Shown here piece after piece: positions 1 through 9,279 of a stretch of 28,569 nucleotides of DNA. The DNA is from a virus: UHGV virus genome UHGV-0000020, one strand, 5' to 3'. Each line of letters starts with the position of its first letter. Position 1 is the stretch's first letter. The notes under the pieces are model-generated. The model worked only from the letters and a program-made list of their open reading frames with translations. It ran no database searches and was not told the DNA's origin. The position numbers and the translations under genes are program-made.

Positions 1-240
<240 letters not shown>

Positions 241-280
241 GAACGACTTCGCGCTGCATCCAAAGCGTGTTAGAAAACAA

Positions 281-310
281 GGGGTTAGCGCAATGCTAAC
301 CCCTTTTTTA
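281..310 (+). terminator. Rho-independent terminator downstream of rplS
   Basis: GC-rich inverted repeat GGGGTTAGCG...GCTAACCCC (281-303) followed by TTTTTTA. Confidence 0.8.
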
Positions 311-362
311 TTGGCGATGGCGGCAAATTGGCGACGGAAAAAAGATGAATGGCGACAGATAC

Positions 363-391
363 AAAAAAACCTGCCGAAGCAGGTCTTTTTT
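363..391 (-). terminator. Rho-independent terminator downstream of ogr (bidirectional hairpin)
   Basis: A-run, hairpin CCTGC-CGAA-GCAGG (370-383), then T-run; on the minus strand it reads hairpin followed by U-tract immediately after the ogr stop. Confidence 0.7.
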
Positions 392-608
392 ATAGCCACA
401 GTTGATGCTGGGCGTATTTATTCGGATGGGGTGGGGCCGGGTCAATTTCTCCGGGTTTTACAATATATCTTGCCAACGCCTCATGAGTGACAAATGTACA
501 TCCGCAGTTGATGTTTTGACACTGGTGATATCGTTCTTTGGTTTCTGTACTGAGGTAGCGACTTGATCTCGCGTGAGCTGCATCTTGGCATAACGGGCAG
601 TGCATCAT
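390..608 (-). CDS. ogr: Late-gene transcription activator Ogr (zinc-finger)
   Basis: 72 aa from ATG at 608 (MHCPLCQDAAHARSSRY...YHQCQNINCGCTF...), Cys4 motif and length typical of P2 Ogr; GGGGGA Shine-Dalgarno 7 nt upstream. The track ORF starting at 641 is an upstream in-frame extension. Confidence 0.9.
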   Translation of the reverse strand: MMHCPLCQDAAHARSSRYLSTETKERYHQCQNINCGCTFVTHEALARYIVKPGEIDPAPPHPNKYAQHQLWL

Positions 609-685
609 TTTGTTATCCCCCTTTGATAATGTCTGCATCATAGCGCCATGAGTTTCAAATGCAAATCATGATTTGCATTTTCGAG

Positions 686-1855
686 TTACTCTTCGAGTTC
701 GTAATCGACATCGGACAGCCTAACCTCTAACTCAACAGACGTCGTGAAGCCGTTCCCGCCGAGGTTGTGCACCACCTTACTGATTAACCACGACTGCTCG
801 TCTATGACGCGCTTAAAACCTGATACTGTCACCGGCATTTCGGGGTAAATATCTTCGCGTCCATTCGCCAGCAGGATTGAGAACTCAGCAACCCCACGCT
901 GCAACTTATCCCATTTCGCCTGCGCCGCGCGCATTGCCTGAGCCTTTGTGGCGTAAATGGTCGTCAGGGCGAAAACGTTGTCGGCCTCCCCGGCCATGTA
1001 TTCACCTTCGCGGGCTTCCTGTTCTTTCTGTTTTTTCGCCGTGGTTTTAGCGCTCACCGCTTTTGCTTTTGGATGCTGAAGCGCCCTTAAATGTTGTTCT
1101 TTAGGCTTACGCTTCAGCTTCACCTTCTGTTTCTGCTTTGCCGGTTTCGGGTCTTTGGTATGTAACCATTTTGCTGTTACGCCGGTATAGGCACCACGGT
1201 CAGCAATAGCGAATTGATGCCGGTCGCCGTCGCTGCGCTGGATTGTGATTGCCGGTATCGCTTTTCCGCTCGCCGTTGTTCCACTCCCCGCTTTCAGCAT
1301 CAACAGCTTTCCGGCTTTCACTGAGACAGCCCCGCCGTTACGGTCTGCAAGGCGTGTCAGAAATACCGCATCGGATTCCTGCGACTGGTCAATATGGGGT
1401 ATCGATATTGAGGCCAGCGAGTCAGCGACACTGGCCGTCAGGTTATTACGCGCTGCAATGGTGCTTACCAGCGCGCCGAGTGTGGTGTCGTGCCATGACT
1501 CCTCCCTGCGAGAGTTGAGCGTACCGCGAAAATCAGCGCTACGGGCGCGGATTGTGACCGTATCCGGCGCGCCTCTGTGCTCGACCTCATCGACCGTGAA
1601 TTTCCCCTTACTCACCAGTGCAAATCCTTTCCAGCCAAGATACAGGGACAGGACAGCACCGCGAATCGGTAGCTCGACAAGCCCGTCAGTGTCGTCGAGC
1701 TCAATATCGAGCTGGTCAGCCTCAAATCCCCGGTTATCGGTCATCGTCAGATTAATCAGCCGATTGCTGATGTTGCCGGTAATATCTTTGCTTTCAAGCA
1801 TCAGCATGAAATCAGGCGTCAGTGTCGCCCCTTCGCCGGTAATGATATCAACCAT
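686..1855 (-). CDS. D: Tail protein D (late control gene D family)
   Basis: About 390 aa ORF with a lysine-rich linker (KPKPAKQKQKVKLKRKPKE) between domains, located between ogr and U as in P2. ATG at 1855 chosen; the track start at 1861 is GTG. Confidence 0.85.
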   Translation of the reverse strand: MVDIITGEGATLTPDFMLMLESKDITGNISNRLINLTMTDNRGFEADQLDIELDDTDGLVELPIRGAVLSLYLGWKGFALVSKGKFTVDEVEHRGAPDTVTIRARSADFRGTLNSRREESWHDTTLGALVSTIAARNNLTASVADSLASISIPHIDQSQESDAVFLTRLADRNGGAVSVKAGKLLMLKAGSGTTASGKAIPAITIQRSDGDRHQFAIADRGAYTGVTAKWLHTKDPKPAKQKQKVKLKRKPKEQHLRALQHPKAKAVSAKTTAKKQKEQEAREGEYMAGEADNVFALTTIYATKAQAMRAAQAKWDKLQRGVAEFSILLANGREDIYPEMPVTVSGFKRVIDEQSWLISKVVHNLGGNGFTTSVELEVRLSDVDYELEE

Positions 1856-1857
1856 AA

Positions 1858-2322
1858 TCACCCCCCGACCTGAGAAAGCATGTCAGACGCTTTACCGACC
1901 AGACCTTCGGCCTGTTTCCCTATATCGCCATACATTGCCGCGAGAGACTCGTCGACGCGCGTCAGGGACAGCGTAAAGCTGATTTTGCGCGGTGAGCCAT
2001 CGGCAAAGAATACGGTTCCCGTTTCCGACACGTTACTGACAACAAACATCCCGTAAATCGTACCTGTTCCAGAGATTAGGGGCCACGCTCGCCCCTGTTC
2101 GGCCATCGTGTAAAGCGCCAGCATCGAGAGCCGCCCGCCGGTGAGCTCAGGATATAAATCACCGCTAAGGGTTACTTTATCCTCACCCGGCCCGATAAAC
2201 TGAAAAGCATCACGCAGGCCAATACGACTGTTCGCCGCCCACTGATAATCGGCGCTACGCTGCAAATTCTGATAAGGCAGCGTCTGACGCATAAAAACAA
2301 ACATTCCAAGAGCAAGCATCAT
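1858..2322 (-). CDS. U: Tail protein U
   Basis: 154 aa, MMLALGMFVF...TVPYQ-like N-terminus and ELTGGRLSMLAL motif characteristic of P2 gpU; position between T and D. Confidence 0.9.
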   Translation of the reverse strand: MMLALGMFVFMRQTLPYQNLQRSADYQWAANSRIGLRDAFQFIGPGEDKVTLSGDLYPELTGGRLSMLALYTMAEQGRAWPLISGTGTIYGMFVVSNVSETGTVFFADGSPRKISFTLSLTRVDESLAAMYGDIGKQAEGLVGKASDMLSQVGG

Positions 2323-2333
2323 AATCAGCCTCC

Positions 2334-4775
2334 TTAATCGTGCATCATGCTGGCGCGCGCTCTTGCACGCTTCTCGCGGTCATATTTATCTAATGCATCC
2401 TGCAACTGGTTCCCCAACTGGCCTCCCGGCATACCGTTACCCGGTACATTGATTTGATATGTTGGGCGACTCTGGTCGATATAGGTTTTACCGGCAGGCG
2501 CTGTCACCGGCTGATAGGCCTGATACCCCCCATAGGAGCTGGTCGCGGGAATATAGCTGTTGCTGCCAGTGGCCGCGCTTGCTTTCGCCGCCGTCTGGTC
2601 AAGGGTGCTGGATTCTTTATTGATGACGCCGAGCTTTTCGAGTACCCAGTCAATCCCGCTTCGCAGTTTGTTAAAGGCTGTTAACGGGAGCATGAGAGCA
2701 TCAGCCAGCGCCCGGCCAAACTGAACACCAACATTCTGACAACTATTTAATGTGTCCTGAGTCGACTTTACCGGCGCAATCAGATCTTTAAACCACTGCC
2801 AGACACCACGTAATTTATCAATTAGCCCATCAAAGACAGGGGCAAGAGGTGCAAACATTGCGCCCACCGGCGCGAATGCTTCCATAAGCCCCTGCACGAC
2901 ACCTGAGAAAAAGGCGCTTATCGGTTCCCAGTACTTACGAATAAGCAGCGCACCGGTGACGATTGCGGCCACTACGGCAACCACTGGCAAAGAGATCGCA
3001 CCGATAGCCGTGGCGATGGCTCCCCCGGCAACGGTAAAGACGGTACCCAATAAACCAGCCGCCGCAATAATGGCATTAATCCCGGCTATCACCGGCCATG
3101 CGACAAGTCCAATCCCCCCAATTATCCCAATCAGAGCGATAGCGCCCCCGGCAATCAGGCCAATAGTCTGAGCTAAATCTTTATTTCTCTGGATCCAGCC
3201 ATCGAGACGAAGTACATATTTTGTGGCTGTTTGCGTAAGCGACCTTAATGATTCTTCCTGCTGGTCATAAAGGTCAGTTCCGACAGCTTCATAAGCAGAC
3301 TGGAATTCTTTGAAGTCACCGCCAAGGTTATCCTGCATGACCTTAACCAGCTCCTCAGTTTTCCCGTCAGATTCTTTAATCAGTTTTGTCAGGTTATCGA
3401 GCTTCCCGCTTGCCGCTGCGGCCATCAGTACACTCGCCGACGAGCTGGCCTCTTCGCCAAAAATGGCTTTCATGTATTCTGAGCGCTGGCCGGTACCGAG
3501 CTTATTCTTCTCAAAACTCGCCTGCATTTCCTTCAGAATGGAGAAAATCGGTCGCGTGTTCCCTTTGCTATCCATCGTCTTAACGCCGAGCTCTTTGATG
3601 GCGTCATAAGCCTTACCGGAAGGAGCCTGTAAACGGCTTAACACTGCGCGGCTACCGGTACCGGCCATTGACCCGGTGATATTGGCATCATGTAGCGAGC
3701 CAATCATCGCGGCGGTTTCTTCCAGGCTAACACCTGCATTTTTAGCGACCGGCGCGACATAGGTCAGTGAGTCACTGAGACCGGCAAAAGTTGCTTGTGA
3801 TTTATTCATCGTCATCGAGATAACGTCGGCAATATGTGTCGCATTGTCATCTGACAGGCCGAAAGCGGATTTTGTCCCGATAAGTAATTTTGCGTTGTCC
3901 TCCATCGTCTCTTTATTTGCAAGAGACATATTCAGGATGGCGGGTGTCTGCGCGAGAATGCCGTCTTTATCTGCGCCCGATTTTGCAACGATGATTTGTG
4001 CCGCTGCGGCGTCATCTGCTGATGCGGCGGTGTTATCGCCCAGGGTGCGAGCCTGCGATTTTAATGCGATGAGTTCAGGGGATTGTTTTTCAAGCCCCAA
4101 TACAGCCTGAAGCTCAGAATTTTTGAGCGAAAAATCATAACCGGGTTTAAGTACTGCACCACCGGCAACAACTCCTGATGTTGCTGTCGCTACTCCAGCC
4201 ATCCCGACATTACGCGCACCTGCGGCGAGTTTCTGCCCCGACTCATAACGTGATTTAACCGCATTGAGTTTCGCCTGTTGCGTGCTGACGCGCGCCAGTG
4301 CCTCACGCTGGCGGTTGAGCTGTGCGGTCGTCTCGCTAATTGAGTTTTTCAGACGTAATTCATCAGAAGACAGTTTTCGGGTATTAATTCCGGCCTGACC
4401 GAGCTCCTGACGCTGGCGCTGGACGGACAAACGCAGACCGTTATATTTGAGCTGTAAGTCAGCCGCACTTTTTTTCGCAAGCTCCATTGCTCGCGCCTGC
4501 GCGCGGGTTGGGTTTTCCGTGTTTTTAAACTGCACGGCCAGTGCGGCGGCTTCCTGCTTTGCCTTTGCCAGTGACTGACCGGTGACGGCGAGCTGTGCGC
4601 TGGTTTTTCGAAAACCGTCGATTTTTGACGCCTGACCATTCAAATCACGCAAGGTCTGTTGAGAGGTGCGGATATCACCAGACAGCGACTTGCTCGCTGT
4701 CTGGATTGCTTTGAATGGTCGGGTCGCCTGGTCAACAGCTTTCAGCAACACTTCGAGTTTGAGGTTATTGCTCAT
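2334..4775 (-). CDS. T: Tail tape measure protein T
   Basis: 813 aa; coiled-coil-rich N-terminal half, Gly/Ala/Ile-rich hydrophobic segment, located directly downstream of E/E' as in P2. Confidence 0.9.
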   Translation of the reverse strand: MSNNLKLEVLLKAVDQATRPFKAIQTASKSLSGDIRTSQQTLRDLNGQASKIDGFRKTSAQLAVTGQSLAKAKQEAAALAVQFKNTENPTRAQARAMELAKKSAADLQLKYNGLRLSVQRQRQELGQAGINTRKLSSDELRLKNSISETTAQLNRQREALARVSTQQAKLNAVKSRYESGQKLAAGARNVGMAGVATATSGVVAGGAVLKPGYDFSLKNSELQAVLGLEKQSPELIALKSQARTLGDNTAASADDAAAAQIIVAKSGADKDGILAQTPAILNMSLANKETMEDNAKLLIGTKSAFGLSDDNATHIADVISMTMNKSQATFAGLSDSLTYVAPVAKNAGVSLEETAAMIGSLHDANITGSMAGTGSRAVLSRLQAPSGKAYDAIKELGVKTMDSKGNTRPIFSILKEMQASFEKNKLGTGQRSEYMKAIFGEEASSSASVLMAAAASGKLDNLTKLIKESDGKTEELVKVMQDNLGGDFKEFQSAYEAVGTDLYDQQEESLRSLTQTATKYVLRLDGWIQRNKDLAQTIGLIAGGAIALIGIIGGIGLVAWPVIAGINAIIAAAGLLGTVFTVAGGAIATAIGAISLPVVAVVAAIVTGALLIRKYWEPISAFFSGVVQGLMEAFAPVGAMFAPLAPVFDGLIDKLRGVWQWFKDLIAPVKSTQDTLNSCQNVGVQFGRALADALMLPLTAFNKLRSGIDWVLEKLGVINKESSTLDQTAAKASAATGSNSYIPATSSYGGYQAYQPVTAPAGKTYIDQSRPTYQINVPGNGMPGGQLGNQLQDALDKYDREKRARARASMMHD

Positions 4776-5201
4776 TCGTGTTTCCGCTTCGCTGTAGCGC
4801 CTTTTCGCGCCAGTTGATGAGCTCGGTCAGGCTCATGGGATATAAATCTGATGGCGACCAGTGGAAAATCACCGCTATGTCAGCCATCAGGTCATCGACC
4901 GATAGTTTGTCTGGGAAGTCTAAGCCGCCGAATTCGGTGACAAAAAACCAATCACCTTACCGGCGAGTTCAACCATATCCGGCAGCTCCATCGCGGCGCA
5001 TTCCTGCGGGGTCAGCGGCGGGATTGTCATTCGCGGCAGCACTTTAATCAGCGCATCAACGTCAGAGTTAGCGACAGCCGCCAGCCCTACGCCGCGAAGG
5101 GTGCCCGCAGTGGGTTTTAACAGCGTAATTTCAGTAATGACCTGTTCGCCACGCTTGATAGGAGTATTCAGGGTGACGGTGTTTTCGTTGGTTTTTTCCA
5201 T
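4765..5201 (-). CDS. E+E': Tail assembly chaperone E+E' (-1 programmed frameshift product)
   Basis: Minus-strand slippery heptamer T-TTT-TTG at 4941-4947 inside E; the -1 frame stays open for about 59 codons to TAA at 4765-4767, overlapping the T start. Same architecture as P2 E/E'. Confidence 0.75.
4920..5201 (-). CDS. E: Tail assembly chaperone E
   Basis: 93 aa ORF upstream of T ending ...GFLSPNSAA-stop; contains the slippery heptamer used for the E+E' frameshift. Confidence 0.85.
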   Translation of the reverse strand: MEKTNENTVTLNTPIKRGEQVITEITLLKPTAGTLRGVGLAAVANSDVDALIKVLPRMTIPPLTPQECAAMELPDMVELAGKVIGFLSPNSAA

Positions 5202-5263
5202 GATATTTTCTCTTCTTAATCAGTATTCAGGGTTCCCGGCCAGCATTGCTGACCGGGCAGCAA

Positions 5264-5782
5264 TTACAGACCGATATTCTGTCGGTGTGCTTCCAGCATG
5301 TCGGTACCGTTAACCTTTTCGACGAGGTTCACTGTGTCGATTTCCACCAGTTCCGAGCCGTTCATCGTCAGCTTGAAATAGGTGCATGCCAGCGAGATTT
5401 TCGACTCGGTGTCTTCGCCCTGTTTGGCTTCGCCGAGATCGATTTCCTTCTGACGGCCACGAAGGACAACTTCGACCGGGATAGTCTCGCCGGTGTCATC
5501 ACGCTGGTAAGAGCCAGCGAAGCGCAACGGTACAGATGCGGTACCTGTTGCAGCGTACAGAGACCAGAGCGCGTCATCCGGGAAGCCACCGAGCGAGATT
5601 TCAGCCGACAGCGCGTCGTCATCGAGGCCGAGGTCAACTGGCGCGGAGCCGTTCATCCCGCCGCCGCGATAGTTTTCGAGCTTGCGGGTCAGTTTCGGCA
5701 GCGTGACGGACTGCACGACACCGAGATAACTCACACCGTCGACAAACAGGTTCATGAGTTTAAGCTTGCGCGGTAATGCCAT
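5264..5782 (-). CDS. FII: Tail tube protein FII
   Basis: 172 aa, MALPRKLKLMNLFVDGVSYLG... typical of P2 FII; directly downstream of FI. Confidence 0.9.
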   Translation of the reverse strand: MALPRKLKLMNLFVDGVSYLGVVQSVTLPKLTRKLENYRGGGMNGSAPVDLGLDDDALSAEISLGGFPDDALWSLYAATGTASVPLRFAGSYQRDDTGETIPVEVVLRGRQKEIDLGEAKQGEDTESKISLACTYFKLTMNGSELVEIDTVNLVEKVNGTDMLEAHRQNIGL

Positions 5783-5794
5783 TATTCAGGCTCC

Positions 5795-6985
5795 TTATTT
5801 GCTGTTGACGGAAGAGACCAGATTCGCCAGATATTTATCTGTGATGCGCTGGCGTAAGGTCAGGTTTTCGAGCGGCGGTACCGGCGTGTAGTCGTAATCG
5901 ATAAACAGTTTTCCGGCTTTCAGCGTCTCCTGAGTATTCGCCTCTTCATCAAACCAGCAGGTCGCATCAATGATGTATCCACCGTTTTTCAGTTCGCGGA
6001 ATTTGGCGTTGATACCGTCGATGATGTCGCGAATCAGTGTCGCGGTGACGGGCTTATCGACCGCCCACATATGACCTTCAGCCATCGTGTCAGCGATGAT
6101 TTGCGCGGTGCGGGTGTAGTTCTCAAACTGAAAGAGCGGGTCGTCGGAGCAATTACGGTTACCCCAAAAACGGAAGCCATCAGCACGAATCAACGTGGTG
6201 ACACCGGCCTCGTTCAGCAGGTCAGCATCGGTACCGGATTCCTGCAAATCCCAGAAGACCGACGCACTGATACCCGTCACCTCATTGACGCCGACGTTAG
6301 ACAGGGTTTTATGCCAGCCGGTGTCGTTGTCGATTTTGGCACGCAGACCCAGCGCAACAGCGGTCGCGTAGGTTGTCGTGGTGGCGCTGGCCGTGGTATC
6401 CCATCCGAGGAAATCAGGCCAGATGATCATGAGCTCACGGGCGCTGAAGTTTTCACGGTACGCGATAACGTCAGAAATGGTTTTACAGCCCCATGCGCTG
6501 ACGTAAGCAAAAGCACGCAGCTTTTGCGCGGTCGAGGCAAGCGCGGTCGCGACTTCCTGCGTATCGAGACCCGGCACGCCGAGAATGCGCGGCTTAACGC
6601 CGGTAACGGCTTTCGCGGTTAACAGTGCTTTGAGGCCGGTGTATTTACCGTTCTCATCCGTAGTGCCGATGATGTTGGAAATGGTCTGCGCCTGCGCGGC
6701 TTCCTCATCATCACCGCTGCCCTCTTCGACACGCACGACAACAACGACCGGCTTCGACTGGTTGGCGATAGCCTGTAAGGATTTTTTCAGGGTGCCTTTG
6801 GTACCGGCTTTCGCAATGGCGCTTTGTGGGTTCGTAATCAGTACCGGCTCATTAAGCGGGAATGCTTCGGCGTCAGCATCGCTGGCCGTACAGACCATAC
6901 CGACGACGGCGGTCGATACTGTTGAGATTGTGCGGGTACCGTCGTTAATCTCGACGACCTGCACGCCGTGATGATAATCACTCAT
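5795..6985 (-). CDS. FI: Contractile tail sheath protein FI
   Basis: 396 aa, MSDYHHGVQVVEINDGTRTISTV... sheath N-terminus; synteny FI-FII-E-T. Confidence 0.92.
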   Translation of the reverse strand: MSDYHHGVQVVEINDGTRTISTVSTAVVGMVCTASDADAEAFPLNEPVLITNPQSAIAKAGTKGTLKKSLQAIANQSKPVVVVVRVEEGSGDDEEAAQAQTISNIIGTTDENGKYTGLKALLTAKAVTGVKPRILGVPGLDTQEVATALASTAQKLRAFAYVSAWGCKTISDVIAYRENFSARELMIIWPDFLGWDTTASATTTTYATAVALGLRAKIDNDTGWHKTLSNVGVNEVTGISASVFWDLQESGTDADLLNEAGVTTLIRADGFRFWGNRNCSDDPLFQFENYTRTAQIIADTMAEGHMWAVDKPVTATLIRDIIDGINAKFRELKNGGYIIDATCWFDEEANTQETLKAGKLFIDYDYTPVPPLENLTLRQRITDKYLANLVSSVNSK

Positions 6986-7049
6986 CCGTTTTACTCCGTT
7001 GGTTGGGGTGAGTGATATTTTCGGGTTTACACCGGCGGGGGGCTATTTA

Positions 7050-7301
7050 TCAGGGTTTTACTGTCTGTGACACAACGAGAGATTGAGCCGGATATCGCTT
7101 ATAGATAGTTTGTTCTGATATGTCATAAATACGGGCAAGCTCCGCGCGCGGATGACCGTTTTTAAGTAGGCGACCAATTTGCTCCCATTGTTCAGGGCTT
7201 AGTTTTGGCCGTCGCCCACCGATGCGCCCCTGAGCACGTATTATCTCGATGCGCTGGAAGCGGTGGACACCTCCAGCGCGCCGGATATCAACTGGCCTGA
7301 G
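7050..7301 (-). pseudogene. Remnant of a Hin/Gin/Cin-type serine DNA invertase (C-terminal HTH domain only)
   Basis: Minus-strand frame open without a start codon reads ...FQRIEIIRAQGRIGGRRPKLSPEQWEQIGRLLKNGHPRAELARIYDISEQTIYKRYPAQSL..., resembling the C-terminal GRIGGRPPKL...HTH region of tail-fibre invertases; the N-terminal catalytic domain is absent and the fragment abuts the tail fibre assembly gene stop. Confidence 0.6.
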
Positions 7302-7695
7302 TCACCGGAGGAATTGGCCATTCCGGGGCTGCGGTATCAACTCTCATCAGTAGCACCCGGTATTTTTTCCATTCTGCCAGCACGACGGTTTCTTCTTCCG
7401 TTGCAATATCTGCATCAACAGAATCTTGTCGCCATGCTATTTCAGAATCTGCAATAGCGCGTAGGGCTGCTCTTTTGTCTTCATTAGCAGCAATTATTTC
7501 TTCTTGCGTTGGTGCTGGTATATCAATCCATAAAGGAAGTCCATCATCACCAGCTACACGGCACTTACCGGATGGGGGAGACTCGGAATATTCGTTAAAA
7601 ACAGCCTGCTCAATTTCGATAACATCAGACGGCATGTCAGAATCATTAAAACCTAAAATATAAAACCCATTATTACCAGGACTGTAAAAATACAT
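7288..7695 (-). CDS. G: Tail fibre assembly chaperone
   Basis: ATG at 7695, 2 nt after the H stop; C-terminus ...EWKKYRVLLMRVDTAAPEWPIPP matches the conserved Tfa C-terminal motif. The track ORF start at 7746 lies inside H. Confidence 0.8.
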   Translation of the reverse strand: MYFYSPGNNGFYILGFNDSDMPSDVIEIEQAVFNEYSESPPSGKCRVAGDDGLPLWIDIPAPTQEEIIAANEDKRAALRAIADSEIAWRQDSVDADIATEEETVVLAEWKKYRVLLMRVDTAAPEWPIPPVTQAS

Positions 7696-7696
7696 A

Positions 7697-8671
7697 TTAA
7701 TACCCCACCACATAAACCAGGCAAGATTCTCTTGTTGGAGTGCCATTTCTAACCTTTGTTGAGGTTAGAGTCCGAACGTCGTAGCACTCACCCCACCATG
7801 TTACCCCAGTACTTCCGCCTACGGTTGAAGCTGTTAGCTCTCCACAGAAAACAGCAACAACCTTATTAGGAAATGCCACTGGATAGTTAGCAACGGCAAC
7901 CCCCGTAGCGTCAGCCTCAGCAGAATTGAACCACTGTTCGATTAACCCTGAGGGATTTTTTTGCACAAGATATGAGCCTGTTTTAATTGAATAGAAGGAG
8001 CTCATATCAGGAATCTGGTTTGCGCCCGTTCCGACATTCCTTTTCGCTGCATCTCCTAAATCAAGGTTTTCGTGAGCTTTTGACACCAGTCCGGCGTCGG
8101 CAATTTCTTTTAAGGCGTTAGCGATTAACGGGTACTGGTTATGCGGGTTGGCTTCGGCCAGATGCTTTTTCATCAGGTCATCGGCATAACCCTTAACCTC
8201 GATAACTTTGTCATCAACATATTTACGGGTCGCCAGCACGACTGACGGGTCGATTTTTAGCGTGATGGCCGACGTGCTCGATACCACCAGAATCATTCGA
8301 ATGGTTTGCGTGCGACCGCTTCCCTCAGCCAGCAGGGGCTTGTAGGTTTCCGGGCAGTTGGCAACAGCTATCAGAATGCCGTTGTCGTCAAACAATCCGA
8401 TTTCACGGATGAAAAAACCACCCTCATTTTCAGGGATGATTTGCTCAGCAATAATCTGACCAGCGTCGTTAGCGTCAACATTAAGAGAGTTAATCGCCGC
8501 AATGCGCGTCTGATTAATGAGTTTCGTTTGAGCCGGGTCAGGAACTGGCAGTGTGCCGTTCCCGTCCCCCACGGCCATTTGGGTAATATTCAGTTTAGTG
8601 CCGAGTGCGGTCGCATTTGCCAGGAGCGCCGCGCCCTGATTTGTCAAAGTGGCAAAGTATTTTGTCGTCAT
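7697..8671 (-). CDS. H: Tail fibre protein H (short form, 324 aa)
   Basis: N-terminus MTTKYFATLTNQGAALLANATALGTKLNITQMAVGDGNGTLPVPDP...IAVANCPETYKPLLAEGSG matches the conserved P2 gpH baseplate-attachment domain; located between I and G. Confidence 0.85.
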   Translation of the reverse strand: MTTKYFATLTNQGAALLANATALGTKLNITQMAVGDGNGTLPVPDPAQTKLINQTRIAAINSLNVDANDAGQIIAEQIIPENEGGFFIREIGLFDDNGILIAVANCPETYKPLLAEGSGRTQTIRMILVVSSTSAITLKIDPSVVLATRKYVDDKVIEVKGYADDLMKKHLAEANPHNQYPLIANALKEIADAGLVSKAHENLDLGDAAKRNVGTGANQIPDMSSFYSIKTGSYLVQKNPSGLIEQWFNSAEADATGVAVANYPVAFPNKVVAVFCGELTASTVGGSTGVTWWGECYDVRTLTSTKVRNGTPTRESCLVYVVGY

Positions 8672-9279
8672 GCGCTTACTCGCAGGTTATCAATTAAATG
8701 AATGGCCGAAGCCGGGTACAACGTCCCACCCACCACGATTTCCTCGGCGGTGTAGGGGTAAACAGTCAACAGGTCGCCGTCATAGCAGCCCGCGCCAACA
8801 TATGCGGGGCCGCTTGTGCTCAGGCTGATCGCTAGGCCGGTCAGGTGGCGGCTTGCCGGTTTTGCTCCTTCAATCAGGCGCTCCAGCTCGATAAACATTT
8901 CATCGGTGATGCCGGTATCGAGGACGCCGACAACCAGCCGGAAAGTACCGGGCTCCTCGTTGAGCTCCCACCACTCTTTCACCTCAATCAGATAGCCGAG
9001 CGGCTCCACCACTCGCCGCAATGCGCTGATGGTGCCTTTGTGCTGATGGACGTAAAACGATGAGGCGATAACGTTTCGTTTAGTGGCTTCCGGCCAGTTC
9101 TCATCCCACCGGTCAACAGACAGTGCCCACGCCAGATAGGGCAACAGCTTTACCGGGCAGGTGCGCCAGTTCCACAGCATGCGCAGCGGCACCGGTACGC
9201 GCTCGATATCTGCGGCCGCTTTTGCGGCGGCGACTTCCAGAACCGATGAGCCGACGGGCAACAGCCGGTTATCACTCAT
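8668..9279 (-). CDS. I: Baseplate protein I
   Basis: ATG at 9279 (MSDNRLLPVGSSVLEVAAAKA...WPEATKRNVI...), about 203 aa, overlapping the J stop by 8 nt. The longer track ORF is an upstream extension. Confidence 0.85.
   Translation of the reverse strand: MSDNRLLPVGSSVLEVAAAKAAADIERVPVPLRMLWNWRTCPVKLLPYLAWALSVDRWDENWPEATKRNVIASSFYVHQHKGTISALRRVVEPLGYLIEVKEWWELNEEPGTFRLVVGVLDTGITDEMFIELERLIEGAKPASRHLTGLAISLSTSGPAYVGAGCYDGDLLTVYPYTAEEIVVGGTLYPASAIHLIDNLRVSA

Noticed and set aside
1245-1976. 243-aa plus-strand ORF (and the 89-aa ORF at 1249-1518)
   Set aside because: Lies antisense within tail gene D; Ser/Arg/Pro-rich low-complexity translation typical of shadow ORFs in GC-rich coding DNA; no start context.
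4778-5047. 89-aa plus-strand ORF across the E/E' and T junction
   Set aside because: Antisense to the E/E' frameshift region and T start, which are explained by the minus-strand genes.
6071-6622. 183-aa plus-strand ORF
   Set aside because: Antisense to the tail sheath gene FI, whose identity is strongly supported; Arg/Gly-rich shadow frame.
7288-7746. Long form (152 aa) of the tail fibre assembly gene starting at 7746
   Set aside because: The first 17 codons lie inside the H coding region; the ATG at 7695 directly follows the H stop and is the more plausible start.
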